Shown here: piece after piece, positions 39,851-53,380 of the stretch
How positions within the stretch are numbered: position 1 is the first letter of the stretch
Layout: every line of letters starts with the position of its first letter
Assembly (NCBI GenBank): GCA_951406725.2
Contig: OX597829.1
Span: 13,144,001 to 13,208,000, forward strand
Reading direction: 5' to 3'
Length of the DNA stretch: 64,000 nt
Source of the DNA: Octopus vulgaris
Lineage: Eukaryota
Translations under genes and position numbers: made by a program
Notes under the pieces: generated by a model
What the model was told of the DNA's origin: nothing
Databases searched by the model: none
Seen by the model: only the letters and a program-made list of their open reading frames with translations

Positions 39851-39916
39851 TATTACCGTATTGGTCCCAATTTCGGGGTTAATTCATAAGAATTTTCCCC
39901 TCGTCAGCGATAAATA
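39851..39916 (-). ncRNA. Type I hammerhead ribozyme
   Basis: Minus strand: UUAUCG-CUGACGA-GGGG..CCCC-GAAA-UUGG(GA)CCAA-UA^CGGUAA. Intact core, three stems, AUA cleavage triplet. Confidence 0.85.
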
Positions 39917-40316
39917 CGTAAGACATAAATGAAATACTTACTCATACTCATGGAAAAAGCAAGCACTAAGTCCTGAGCAGACCTAAGTACCCAAATATAT
40001 CCAAAACAGAAAATCCTCAGCACATCTTGAGACACGTGTGATTCGAACTAGAAACTTTCACAGAGTGAGAGAGTCCGGAAGTGAACACTATTAAATTTCC
40101 ATCTAATGTAGGATAACATTTTTTCGAAAAAAAATTTTATCAATGGCCAGCATATTAAAAAATACCTTTAAAGGTTAAATTTATAAATAACTTACAAAAT
40201 AAGTGCAAAAGAAAAATTCTAATCCCAAATAAGCCAAAAAATAGACAAAATTGTCAATAACCATTATAATTTATGCGTCTCGAAACAAGCAGAAAGAAAT
40301 TTCTAAAAAATTCCGT

Positions 40317-40383
40317 TATTATCGTATTGGTCCCAATTTCAGAGTTAATTCATAAGAATGTTTTCCCTCCTCAGCGATAAATA
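40317..40383 (-). ncRNA. Type I hammerhead ribozyme (second tandem copy)
   Basis: UUAUCG-CUGAGGA-GGG..UCU-GAAA-UUGGGACCAA-UA^CGAUAA. Stem II is weaker (G-U pairs). Confidence 0.75.
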
Positions 40384-40945
40384 CGTAAGACAAATGAAAT
40401 ACTTACTCATACTCATGGAAAAAGCAAGCACTAAGTCCTGAGCAGACCTGAGTACCCAAATATATCCAAAACAAATTGTTTCGACTTATATATATTTTTT
40501 CTGATATACATAATCACAGTTCCGTTTTGTATAAAGTCATTTCAGGGTCATAGTTTAGAAAAAGACGAAATTCCGTGTGAAAGGACGGCTGGATTGTAAA
40601 ATTGAATTCAAACGTCTGTGTTAAGAGTGTGAGCGTTAACTATTCAATCATACATCAGTTACAATTTAAAAACAACAAAAACACACTAACGGACGATACA
40701 ACCAAGTGCAATCCACAACCATCGAAATTCACTTCATTACATCTCAAACACATATCAGTTGAAACCCTTTCATGACCAAGATAGTCACTTGTCATCACAA
40801 CATACAACAATAATATATGTGTGTATATAAATGTATATAATTAAGTATCTAAGTCTTTTCCTATATATAACTGAAACAAAACATATATAATCAATTACCT
40901 CTTCAATACAATAACTCTTTTATCTATTTAAATTAGTTGGTATAA

Positions 40946-41079
40946 GCGTAGGAGTGGCTGTGTGGTAATCAAATGCTTCCTAACGTCCTTGCTTACTAAT
41001 CACATGGTTCTGGGTTCAGTCCCACTGCGTGGCACATTGGACAAGTGTCTTCTATGGAAACTAAAAGAAGCCCGTCGTA

Positions 41080-41080
<1 letters not shown>
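40946..41080 (+). mobile_element. tRNA-derived SINE 5' head
   Basis: A-box-like gtggctgtgtgg and B-box-like ggttcagtccc. Confidence 0.65.
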
Positions 41081-41147
<67 letters not shown>

Positions 41148-41165
41148 TGTGTGTATATATATATT

Positions 41166-41700
41166 CACAATTTAGGTTAGTTGAAATATGTTTGTCACAT
41201 ATTTCAACTGCTAAAGGCAAATACACTGCAATTACGGTGAAGAAAGAATCTCTCTTATGGTAAAAAGGTGTGAAAATACCCCGTTCGTTCAGTGTCGCGC
41301 TCTTTCGGGAAACTGAGACTCTGATGTTTCGAGTTTGTTGACTTTTGTTGATCAGATGTACCCGAGAGGGGCAACCCTGAACGAACTGACAAAGCTAATA
41401 GATTTATATATAATTCAGCCAACACATTGACTGTGCAACACTGAACAAACGAGATGCTTTCACACCTTTTACAATAAGAGAGATTTTTCTCAACGGTAAC
41501 TGCAGTGTATTTGTCTTTAGCAGTTGAAATATGTGACAAATATATTTCAGCTAACCTAAATTGTGATTAAGCGTAAACACTGCTTAGCACATTTACTCCG
41601 ATATTTTCTACTAGCGCAAATCAGTCAATGTGTTGACTGAATTATATATAAAGCTATAACTTTTGTCGGTTCGTTCAGGGTTGCCTCTTTCGGCTACATC
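41166..41700. mobile_element. Complex inverted/tandem non-coding repeat (PLE pLTR-like), continued at 43686-43915
   Basis: 41166-41295 is inverted against 41437-41567 and ~43757-43889; 41355-41433 is inverted against 41621-41700. Decayed hammerhead topology at 41311-41357 (-) and 43696-43742 (+). Confidence 0.7.
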
Positions 41701-43685
41701 TCGTTTGGCTGCTTCTGCTTTTGTGAGTTCATTCTGTTTAAATTAATGTTTATTTTTATTGCACTGTTGGTTAAACTGTTTGTTACACTTGTTGGATTTG
41801 AACTGTCATCGCTTTGTGAACAGTAATTTACTGCCTACGGGGAAGAAAATTATGCTTTATTGGAAAATTATTCCTCAGAACGTACAAGGAAATAAGGAAA
41901 AGCCCATTTTTGTGGCCGCAGTGGTTGGTAGCATGATTGAAATGAATGTTACCATGGAACAATTGTTCAAGTACCGTAACTTAATTAAGAAAAATGAAAA
42001 TGTTATCAAATTGCTGCCCCCGCAGGAGACAGTACTAGGTTTGAAGGCACGAACAGTGGTATACAAAATATACAATATAAAGGAGAAAAGAATCATAGTG
42101 GAAAGGTGTTTGGCACCAATTTGGAATCGAATTACTTCGGTAGGGCGTGGTATAAGGAGCGCCAGTTCGAAAACACTAACACAGCAAAGGAGGTGTCAAC
42201 GAGAACGTTGAAAAATGAGGAGATACCAGCAGGGTATGACGTGATGTGGATAGCGGCAGCCGTAATTTACGATATGGAGGAAGAGATGGGGATACTGCAA
42301 ATGAAGAAGAGAGAGGCTGTGAATTGCAGAGGACAGACACTCGAGATGCTGGTACAGGCTTCAAACGAAGTATTAGAAACGCTGCTCGATAGAGTTTTTA
42401 TAGGCGAGGGGCTGAGCGTCAGAGTCGCATTCGAGGGATGCTTCAAGTGTGGCGAAAAGGGCCACGTCCGTTCAGAATGCGAGAAAATAAACAAAAAAGA
42501 GTGAAGCCCCTCCTCAAAAGGAAAACACTAAAGAACTCCAAGAAAAGGAAGAGAAAGAAAAAAGAAGAAGAAAAGTAGAAGAAAAGAAGGGGAAAAGAGA
42601 AACAAAAATCTCAAGAAAAAAAATCAGAAGACACAACTCTTGTGGCGGAAGCGGAGATGGATTTTATCATGGTAAGAGAAAAAAAGGCCCAAGCCCCAGA
42701 CTCCCCTTCCCAGACAAAGAAAACAAGCAAATACACTACAGACACACAGGAAAAAATCCCCCACGCTGCCCTCATGTTAAAAGCCTTTGCCAAAAAAATG
42801 CATAAGAAAAATAATTTCTTTTCACGAAAAATAGTGTGTTCACAACAATAATTCGAGTGCATCACAAGGCTCGTGTATATAAAGCAACAAAACACATGCC
42901 ATCTCACATCCATGTTGTGAGAACGGATGTGGAGTTGTTCCAAGAATTGAGAGAGAGATACCCTGATGACATTAATGATGTAAGCAAGGAGATGTTGGGT
43001 ATTTGGATAACTACTAAAACCCTCTGACCTGGCAGTGCGTTACCTGTTCGCAAAAAATTGTTCAGGTATGGAATATCAGTGCCATCGGCATGCCCAAGAT
43101 GCAGGCCAGACGATGAAACCGTTCTACACGTTCTTGTACAGTGTCCGGAGCTTTCGGTTTTGATCATTTACGCAGAACACGTGTTGTTGCATCTAGGAAG
43201 AGTACAGCTATCAGCTGAGTCTGTAATAAAGATTGTAACGTTAACCGGACTATCAAAGGGAAGTGAGGCATGCTTTTTGAAGCAGTGTTGAAAGAGTGTG
43301 TATAGGGAACTAGAATGAAAGGAGTCGCAACAGGAACTCCGGCCCTTGCTGTATTACTTCAGATATCATCTGAAGGGCAAGGCAGGGCTGGAGAGGAAAC
43401 ACCTGTCGCGAAGTATATTCGGGAAAAGATGGAAGGATTAGCAAAGAGTTTGGGCGTGATTGATCCTACTTAATCTCATTCTTGGTAAAAGCAAGGTGTA
43501 GTCGCTGGACTTCACGGTCATGGTTTGCTTGTAAAAGGTACAAAAAGTTTTAAAATATTATATCCATCATCCGATTTTTAAAAAAAACCTATTATAATAT
43601 GAACTCATAATCGCACTATTTGTTTGTAATGTTCTGTATTATCGTTTTCTATGTCAGATATTAATTATCATAATAAATTATCACT
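41701..43685 (+). mobile_element. Internally deleted L1/Tx1-clade LINE (ORF1 gag knuckle plus ORF2 C-terminal zf-RVT; no APE or RT seen)
   Basis: CFKCGEKGHVRSEC (CX2CX4HX4C); ALPVRKKLFRYGI..CPRC...ETVLHVLVQC; AATAAA near 43671; imperfect 13-bp TSD tttcggctacatc (41688-41700) / tctcgggtacatc (43686-43698). Confidence 0.78.
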
Positions 43686-43914
43686 TCTCGGGTACATCTG
43701 ATAGACAAGAATCAACAAACTAGAAACATCGATGTATCAGATTCTCGAGATTGGGCGACACTGAACGAACGAGGTGCCTTCACACCTTTTACAATAAGAG
43801 AGATCTTTTTCTCCATGGTAACTGCAGTGTATTAGCCTTTAGCAGTTGAAAAATGTGACAAATGTATTTCAACTAACCTAAATTGTGATTATACGTAAAC
43901 ACTGCATTTACTGC

Positions 43915-43967
<53 letters not shown>

Positions 43968-44093
43968 AGAGTATTGTAGTTTGCTTGAAGCATTGTGTAT
44001 AGTTTGTAAAGAATAAAAAGTTTTGAATGGTACAACAATGCACTTAAATACAGACAATGGGCTATATACCTGTTGTAATTTAGTCATCCGTTG

Positions 44094-44133
44094 TCTGATA
44101 TGATATTTCGGAATAATATTCCTTCTTCAGATA
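44094..44133 (-). ncRNA. Partial or degenerate minimal hammerhead motif
   Basis: CUGAAGA-A-GGAAU(AUU)AUUCC-GAAA-UAU(C)AUA-UC^AGA. Stem I is poor because the element is cut off at (TA)n. Confidence 0.5.
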
Positions 44134-44134
44134 T

Positions 44135-44224
<90 letters not shown>

Positions 44225-44351
44225 CCTCGTCTGTACCACTAGCGATTTTTTCCCCTGTCTTCCCTTCTTTCCTGAGCGTCCAATGATACTTTATTTGTTC
44301 CACGTCCTTGCGTTGTTGTGTTTTTTTGTTTTTGTTTTCTTGTTTGGATTA

Positions 44352-44450
<99 letters not shown>

Positions 44451-44452
44451 AT

Positions 44453-44604
<152 letters not shown>

Positions 44605-44738
44605 TACATTGAGAGAAGAAAGAGATGGACGCTTCAATTCTATGCTGTTGGCGCATTATGTCGTACGCGAATGAGAGGATTTGCATCCCCAACCAAGAAT
44701 TTTTGATGTAACACATGTCCTTGCGGAAGTTGTTGTGC

Positions 44739-44804
44739 GCGGCTGAAGAAGGCCACAGACATACATTATGCATTGTCGAAGAAGGCCCGAAACTTATGTA
44801 CCGC
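44739..44804 (+). ncRNA. Minimal type I hammerhead (PLE-type) in a ~220-bp repeat (44601-44820)
   Basis: GCGG-CUGAAGA-aGGCC...GGCCc-GAAAC-UUAU-GUA^CCGC. One A.C mismatch at the base of stem II. Confidence 0.75.
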
Positions 44805-45717
44805 TGAACCTGTGAGATCAATATATATATATATATATATGCATATATATAGCGAGACAAATATATATATAAATAGGAGGGTAGTGGAACATATACATAT
44901 ATGACTAGACCAAAGAATCAGAGGAAAGAGAAGAGAAAAAGAGGAGTGTGAGTAGAGAGAAAAGAGAGAGAGGGGGACAGATCAAGTAAAAATGAGAGAG
45001 AGACAGAGACAAACAGAGAGTCGTACCAATTATTAAGAATATGTGCTCACATAAATGTTAAGGGGGGTACGGGGCGCCTGGAATATATGTTAAGGTATGT
45101 AGAAAAATACAACATGGACAAGAACGTATAACTCTTAGAAGACGACACAATAAACACGGACAGGACATTCGAAACCCTCAGTCTTCAGTCAAGAACCGGA
45201 TCATCGTAGTAATTTCGGCTGATTAATCTTGAGATTACTAGATCACGGCCAGCCCTCCAAGAAAAACCAAGCAACGAGCATTAGAAAAACTAAGCTGGAA
45301 GCGTAGATTTCCTGGAAGAAGGATCGAATGCATACGAACACCAGGACAGCAAAAGGGACAGATATAAAAAAACAAAAAACAATAATGGAATACAGAAACA
45401 TGAAATACAGAAGCATTAACGGTGAAAACAACAGTGTCTTACGACTGATAACAAGCAAACAAATTTTTTCTCTGGCGCAATGGAAAAAGCCTTTATAGTG
45501 GCGGACGAAAACAGCGATGTTAACAAGACGAGGGTCAGAAACTGAAAGGCAGATTTCGGCCAACAGTCACGTGACAGAGAAGAGGGAAAAGAAAAGAAAG
45601 AGAAGCAAAGGAAGAGAGAGAGAGAGGAGAGAGAGAGAGGAGGGACAAACGCAACAAAGAGAGAGAAGAGAGAGAAAGAAGGAATCAGAGAGAAGGGATG
45701 GGTGTCGAAGAATGACC

Positions 45718-45779
<62 letters not shown>

Positions 45780-45781
45780 AT

Positions 45782-45929
<148 letters not shown>

Positions 45930-46063
45930 TACATTGAGAGAAGAAAGAGATGGACGCTTCAATTCTATGCTGTTGCCGCATTATGTCGTACGCGAATGAG
46001 AGGATTTGCATCCCCAACCAAGAATTTTTGATGTAACACATGTCCTTGCGGAAGTTGTTGTGC

Positions 46064-46141
46064 GCGGCTGAAGAAGGCCACAGACATACATTATGCATTG
46101 TTATAAATCTGTCTAATAAAGGCCCGAAACTTATGTACCGC
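46064..46141 (+). ncRNA. Minimal type I hammerhead, second copy (repeat 45926-46175)
   Basis: Same core and stems as 44739-44804, with a longer loop II. Confidence 0.75.
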
Positions 46142-46173
46142 TGAATCCTTGGCATCATGTTTTTATTTTGATC

Positions 46174-46253
<80 letters not shown>

Positions 46254-46262
46254 TATATGTAT

Positions 46263-46294
<32 letters not shown>

Positions 46295-47315
46295 GTATAT
46301 ATATATATATATATTAGGCTACAGCAATGGAAAACTATTTACTAATCTTTTTAGGGGTAACTAGATTTGAAGTTACTTAAATAATGATTCGAACAGTGTG
46401 TAGGGGTGTTCGTATAGTGTTGAGGTCATTGGAGAGTGTGAGTGGATGCATAATGGTGTGCGCTGTGGTAGTGGAAGATGCTGGGTGCTAGTATGTATGG
46501 AGTGGGCAGATGTGTACGCAATGCTGTGTGATGTGTGTACCAAGCTGAACGGTGTGAACTCGCTGATCGGAGATTTGGCATCAGCAATAAGTGATTTCGA
46601 TATTAATGCAAATAAATCAATTTTAAAATATACAAACCTTCTCATCTCGTAAAATGTGCCGTTGTCCCTCATACAAATATGACCAATAACCTTGTATTTG
46701 CCGTATCTGTTGTCGCATCTCGAGCTACGAGTAAAATACAAAATCTGCTTATATCAAACATGCATGGATTTTTGTTAGCTACGCTGTTTTTATTTGGTCA
46801 GAACTGTCATCAGTGATAAATTACTATTCTCAGACAATATGAAGTGGGTTTTGTTTATATATACAATTGAAAGTTCAATCAGCAAAACATTACACTTTAA
46901 CAAACTCACCTTCAATACATGTTCAACTGTCTTTTGAATTAGCATCATACAATTCATAATTTTCCTCTATTACTCCAGGATTTTCATATTTTCACTCATG
47001 TGTTTCGAAGATAGACGACTGTTTGCATACATATCCTTTTAAAAATGATAGATTTCCTAAATGCGGATGGTCTTTTGTTATTCGTATTATTTAAGCATAT
47101 AGAAATGTCCGTATTGTATTTAAAAATTTTTTTTAGAAACTGCAACTGATCCTTTACAAGACATGCGCAGTTTACATTGACTTTCATGTAAAAATAATTA
47201 TTTGTTCATTTTTCATCCTACAAAAACTATTATTGATAGCTCTAATTTTCTTTTTTTAGTACTTATAAAAATGTGCCTCAACAGATGAAGGGAAGGATAG
47301 AGTCATACACAATAC

Positions 47316-47830
47316 CAATGTTTCCCAACCTATTTTTCCCTAGGGCTTCTGGGTGGATAAAACAACATTATTTCTAATATTTTATCACATTAATTCAATA
47401 CAAAATATCTACCAGTGACTCTTTTATTAAGCACTGAGTAAAAAAGTACATTATTGACTAATAAAAAAACTTGTGAATGACTTTAATGGGAATCTTGTAC
47501 TTGGCGACTACGCAGGGAGTGTTGCGTAATAATTGTTAATATAGATTTAAGACAGTAAACGTGAGGAGACAATTTTGTTTGCTTCAAGCGTAAATCAACA
47601 CGTTTCGCAATTTCAAGTCCTCTTGGCTTGAAGCAAATCGTTAACAGCACTAAAGCCACACTCAACGAAATAAGACGTGGGGAAATGAATGAAAAGTTCC
47701 TTTGCTGAAATGGCAGTGTTACGGTATTTCCTTTTAACTTCATCACATAACTACATCTTGGTGCCTTTCATTTTGAACAAAATAATCACTGCTTCACCAT
47801 GTTACAATTCTGATAATTCTGCTTAGAACC
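47316..47830 (-). mobile_element. hAT (Charlie/Buster) 3' end: transposase C-terminus plus terminal inverted repeat
   Basis: Minus frames read FPTSYFVECGFSAVNDLL and LEIAKRVDLRLK..LSP...QDSH*. caatgtttcccaacct at 47316 resembles the CAGTGTTTCCCAACCT Charlie TIR. Confidence 0.78.
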
Positions 47831-49511
47831 GAATTGGAACTTCAGAGAGATCTACTGGTGGTGATAGTAGCAGTGGATAGAGGTGATAGGGATGGTGGTC
47901 GTGGCAGTGGTAGTGGAGATGGTGGTAGAGATGGTGGTGGAGAAGGTGGTGAAGATGATGGTTGCGGCGGTGGTGGTAGTGGTGGTGGAGATGGTGGCGG
48001 TTGTGGTGCTAATACTGGTGGCTATTTGATGGTGGTGCAGGTGGAGGAGGTGTGTGATTTAAAGGCGATTTAGCTGCTGTTTTTATCACCTTCCACGACC
48101 ACCTGTTATCGTCGTCGCTTCTTTTTCACTCTGACACGTATTGATGTTTTTCATTATTTTTCTTTTCATAGTCAAAACTTCGGACTCTCCGTATTTTAAA
48201 CTCTGATTTTTTTAAAATCTAAAAATTTATGGGGAAAGAGTGGGGGTAAAAATTAGGAAAAAATATTTTTCATAATCGTATGAATTTCTGTGTGTAGAAT
48301 ACAAATTGGCAAACTTTTTTCGAAAAGTTTTACACAAAAGGTAAAGAGAGATTACAGGGAATGCTTAAACCAGAATTCCCAGCAATGGTCTACTCTTTGG
48401 TACATCATCATCTCATTAGATATGTCTATAAGTAGAAACATATTGGAAAACATCAGTATATGTCAGAGAGGCTAAGAAACGAGGAAGATGTCAGGTGGTC
48501 GTGAGATGTACTACAAATAACAGCTAAATCATCCTTATATCACACTCCCACAAAGTTGCTTTTCATAATCATACGAATTCTCATATGTAGAATACAAATT
48601 TGCTAAAAATTTTTTTTTTAAAATTTTAAATATAAAAAGTTATGAGGGGTTCTATAGGGAGCCTTAAACCAGAATTCTATTAAAGAACATACATACGCAA
48701 AACAAAATTCATGCGGATACATACACACTCATTTACATATACAAACGCACGCACGCGCATGTACGCACACATGTATGCGCACACATGTATGCGCACACAA
48801 ACGCACACACGCGCACACAGGGCAACATGAAAGCAATAACAACAAAGTAAAATTCTGAACAATAAAAAGAAAAACAACGAAAACAATGAAATATTTAAGA
48901 TAACAAGATTGTTTATAAACAATAGAGAAAAATCTGGTAAAAACAACCTAATGGATGGCATCCATTTTTAATAAGTAATTGGACAAACAATTATTCAGGT
49001 AACATAACCAGATTCTTTAAATTTTTAGTGCTTTCATTACCAACTAAAATATCTCTACAATTCAGTGTCCTTAGATATTTATAATTTGCATAATCAAATC
49101 AGAATTTTGTTTGTTTCTTCTTTTTTCTTTCATGCCAATAGAGTCTTTATAATTTGCATGATGAATACCACCTAAATTTGATTAACGTTTGAAAATCAGA
49201 TTGGGCAAAAATTTACTTTACATTTTTTTTCTTTAGTATCTCCTCTTGTATTCTAAATTTTGCGCCTGCGTAAAGAAAAAGAACATACAAACACATAAAT
49301 TCGTATATATACATGTACACGTATATACATGCATACATAAATCCATCCATCCATCCATATACGTATACATATATATATATATATACTGTTGCTCATTAAA
49401 CTCAACAAGCGAAAGAGAACATACATACACATAAATACGTATATATACATGTACACGTATATACATACATAAATCCATCCATTCATGCATACATATACAT
49501 ATGCATATCTA

Positions 49512-49624
<113 letters not shown>

Positions 49625-49999
49625 TGTTGCTCATTAAACTCAACAGGCGAAGTTGAAAGCTAATTCTTTTAAGGAATAACTACTTAAATATTTTGTGGTT
49701 TGTGGTGTGAGTTGTCTCGTATAGTATAAGCAAGATAAATATTTATGATAGAGAGAAATAAACATTGTTTACGGAAACGAACTAATAATGCATTGAGTGC
49801 ATTTCTCGTCAATACAGACTACTTTTTATTATTTTTGCTTTTACGTTATTTTGCTTGTTTTAGAGAATTGGCTCTGTTCAGCCGAACATGCTAGAGTTTA
49901 GCAGATCATATTGTGTGATGGAAATTTAGAGAACGAAGTGCAAATATATACATAGACACACACCTATACATACACACACATAAGTATATCTTATTTTTT

Positions 50000-50200
50000 C
50001 TTTGTCTCAGTCATTACGCTGCGGCCATGCAGGGGGAACCGCCTTGGAGAATTTTTATTCAAATGAATCGATCCTAGTACTTAGTATTTTTAAAGTCTGC
50101 TACTTATTCCATCGGGCTCTTTATGCCGAACGGCTAATTTACGGCGAGACAAACACACCTACACCGGTTGTCAAACGGTAGTGGAGGACAAACACAGACA
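50000..50200 (-). mobile_element. SINE fragment
   Basis: tcagtcatt..gcggccatgc...gaatcgatcctagtactt...gccgaacggcta..acacaccta, a recurrent cephalopod-type SINE body (recalled, not searched). Confidence 0.55.
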
Positions 50201-50253
50201 TAAAGATATAGATATATTTGTGTGTGCGTGTGGATATATATATACACATACAT

Positions 50254-50312
<59 letters not shown>

Positions 50313-50323
50313 CACACATACAT

Positions 50324-50354
<31 letters not shown>

Positions 50355-50399
50355 ACTTAGAAAGGTTTTGGCCAGTATTGGCCCAGGCCATGTCTAACT

Positions 50400-53380
50400 T
50401 AATAGCACAACCTGGCGAAGTCTTTCAATTCAGGATTTGGGCACCAAGCCCCATTAGAGCAGAGAGTTATTGTTTGTGGAGACATATCCGGGTGTGGGTG
50501 GTTTGTCCGGGACTGTTTGAAGGAATTTGTCCAAAGACTTCTTGAATTTTATGTGGTCAGTTTCTGTTTTGACGTGTCCTGGTGTAATGTTGAAGAGAGC
50601 AGGTCCAATTGAGGTGAAATAATTGTGCTGTATTGTTGTTATGAGATGCGATTTAAATTTTTGTTGTGGACGGATGGCACGGGGTCCAAGTCTTGGATGT
50701 ATTTTGAAGGTGATACCAACATCATTTGGACAGTGCTGATGGAATATTTTCCACATCATACAGATAATATAGCATTCACGGCGTCGTTGGAGTGAATACA
50801 GTTTCAGCTTTTCCAGTCGACTTCAGTAGTCAAGGTCTGACATGCCATCTGTCTTTTTCGTGATTGACCTTTGGGGAGCTTCAACTTTCATAATATTCCG
50901 TTTCGTGTAGGGAGACCACAGTGGACAGCAGTATTCAAGGTGAGGTCGGGCAAAAATGGAGAAGAGAAGGATAGTGGTGTGGGAATCTCTCGACTGGAAG
51001 GTTCTGAGAATCCAGGAACACATTCTGCGGGCCATGTCAACTTTGCTGCTTATATGTGTAGCCCAGTTTATGTTGTAGTCCACAGTTCTCCCTTCCAAAG
51101 TAGATCAATTCGAATTTGTCTTCGTTTAGCAACATGTTGCTCTTTTCCGCCCATTGGACAACAGTCAGTAGATCTGACTGAAGGTTTACCCGGTCATCCA
51201 CGCCATTGATAACCTTCTGGAGCTTGGAATCATCAGCGAAGATTCGGATGTTACTGTGTTTGATGATGTCAGTGATGTCATTAATGTAGATGATGAAGAG
51301 AAGTGGGCCTAACACAGTGCCTTGTGGGACACCACTACTGACTTTGGCTGGGCTGGATTTGACTCCTTCGACTACAACATGTTGGGTTCTGTTAGACAGG
51401 AAGCACTTGATCCACTGCAGCAGCTTTCCAGTGACACCAATATTGGACAGCTTTCTCAGAAGGATCTTATGATCAACCCTGTCAAAGGCCTTGCTGAAAT
51501 CAAGGTAGATGACATCAGAGTTGGATCCCTCTCCCAAGGCTCTCAAAATGTCATCGAAGTGATGCAGTAGCTGCGTCAGGCAATCCCTTCCATTACGGAA
51601 TCCATGCTGGTTGGAGTTCAGCATATTATGACTCTCAAGGAAGTGAGTCATACGCGATCTCACCACTCTCTCAAATACCTTAATGATATGAGAGGCGAGT
51701 GAGATTGGACAGTAATTCACGGCAAGGGATTTGTTTCCTTCTTTGAAAACTGGGACAACAGACTGGGATAGAAGGTTTTCTGGTATATATCCAGCATCCA
51801 GTGAGTCCGCCACAGATTGGCTAGAGGGGGTGCAAGTTGGTGTTGACACATCTTCAAGACACAAGCAGGGAATCTATCGGGACCTACTGCTGAATTATGC
51901 TTCATTTCCTTTATCGCTGTTAAGACATCAGGAGCGCCAAAGGTTATGTCCGATAAAGTGTATTGGGGAGTAACATCAGTGATACAGCCCTGATCAGCCA
52001 TATCAGGATTGCTGAAAACAGAGCAATATTGTTTCTGCAATATCTCTCCCATGGTTTTGGCATTGTCTTGAAGAGTACCATTTTCATCAATCAGAGGGCC
52101 AACAGTAGAGCCAGTAACTTTGTGTTTTTTTTGCAAATGAGAAGAACACTTTTGGATTAAGTTTGATCTTCTCAATGGCCCAGGCCTCTTCAACTCTTCT
52201 CTGACTATTGATGATAAACATCATGTTGTTTTGGAGGTTATGTTTTTTAATCTCTAGTGACGTGATGGCAGTCAGGTTGGTGTGTTGCTGTTGACAGTAT
52301 TTCAGCTTGTTGATTTTTTTTGTTAATTCTTTTAATTTTCCTGATGAGAGTTTTTCTATTTCCAGCGATTCTGCACTTAGATTTGTTTGCAGATCTTAAT
52401 GGGGTGTGTTTTGCACATATGTTCGTAATGGTGCCTACAAATGACTGCCAGGACTTTTCGATGTTTTTGATGTTAGTGGGTGTGTATGTGTACGTGAAGG
52501 ACCAAACGACTTGTGCAAGATCATTAATGATCGTGTCCCAGTTTGCGTTGTGGCAATCCATAGTGTCAAATGGATGGACAGGAGGGATGACGTTTGTTTT
52601 GCATTTTGGCCGGTGAAATCTCAGATCACAGAGAACCATGTCATGATCAGAGAGTAGAGTTTTCTCCACTGCAATATTGTGCATAGTGTCAGTGTGATTG
52701 CTGAAAATTAAGTCTAGGACGTTTTTGTGACATCTCGTTGGTTCGAGCACCAGTTGGGACAGGAAGAAAACATCCATGAAATCATGAAGCGATTCCACTG
52801 CCTCCCTGTCAGGGGTTGAGAGAGAAGAACCTGGCGGCAGACTGTTTGTAGACCAGTCAACTCCAGGGAGATTGAAGTCCCCCATCATTAAGATGTTGTC
52901 AGATTGATACTGCTGAATGAAACACTTTATGTTATTGAGGCATTCCTTGAAGCCTGGTAGGGGCGTTTGGGGTGGTCTGTAGAGCCCACTTACTATTAAG
53001 TTGTTGGTTTGACTGAATACAGCGACTGCTTCGCAGTATCCATTGGAAAATATGTTCATAGCCTCTGTTGAGAAAGAATCATGAACATAAATGGCAGTCT
53101 CACCCTTTCTTCTGCCAGCACGATCAGCACGAATGGCTTTGAAGTTTTTAACTTTTACCTCGGCTTCCAAGTGGAGGTTACTAAGATGGGTTTCGGTGAG
53201 GACGAAGAAAGGGATGTGGTTTGGATGGGCATCAACCCAGTCCTCCAGGAATTTTATTTTCCATTTTTGAGTATTGGTGGTAGGGCTGATGCTTTTGGCG
53301 TTAAGCAAAAATGTTGAGGCGAGAGTGGATTGTTTTAATTGTTTTGGTGTTTTGCTTATTTGTTTGCTTTTTAATGGCAT
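50400..53380 (-). pseudogene. LINE ORF2 (apurinic endonuclease plus reverse transcriptase), disrupted
   Basis: Collinear ORF pieces 52247..53380, 51717..52193, 51037..51864, 50823..51098 and 50454..50759. Confidence 0.9.

Larger units (their letters stand above)
39722..40475 (-). mobile_element. Tandem (~466-bp period) hammerhead-containing non-coding repeat (retrozyme-like or Penelope pLTR)
   Basis: 39722-40005 is repeated at 40188-40473. Each copy carries a hammerhead. Homologous to 58030-58782 in the opposite orientation. Bordered by TA-rich runs. Confidence 0.8.

Noticed and set aside
45160-45200. Minus-strand ctgaagactgagggtttcgaat as a hammerhead
   Set aside because: No consistent stem II/GAAA/NUH arrangement.
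46373-46741. 122-aa minus-strand ORF as a gene
   Set aside because: No recognisable domain and the C-terminal half is low-complexity and satellite-like. At most a possible exon.
47834-48073. Gly-rich ORF
   Set aside because: Degenerate (GGT)n microsatellite.
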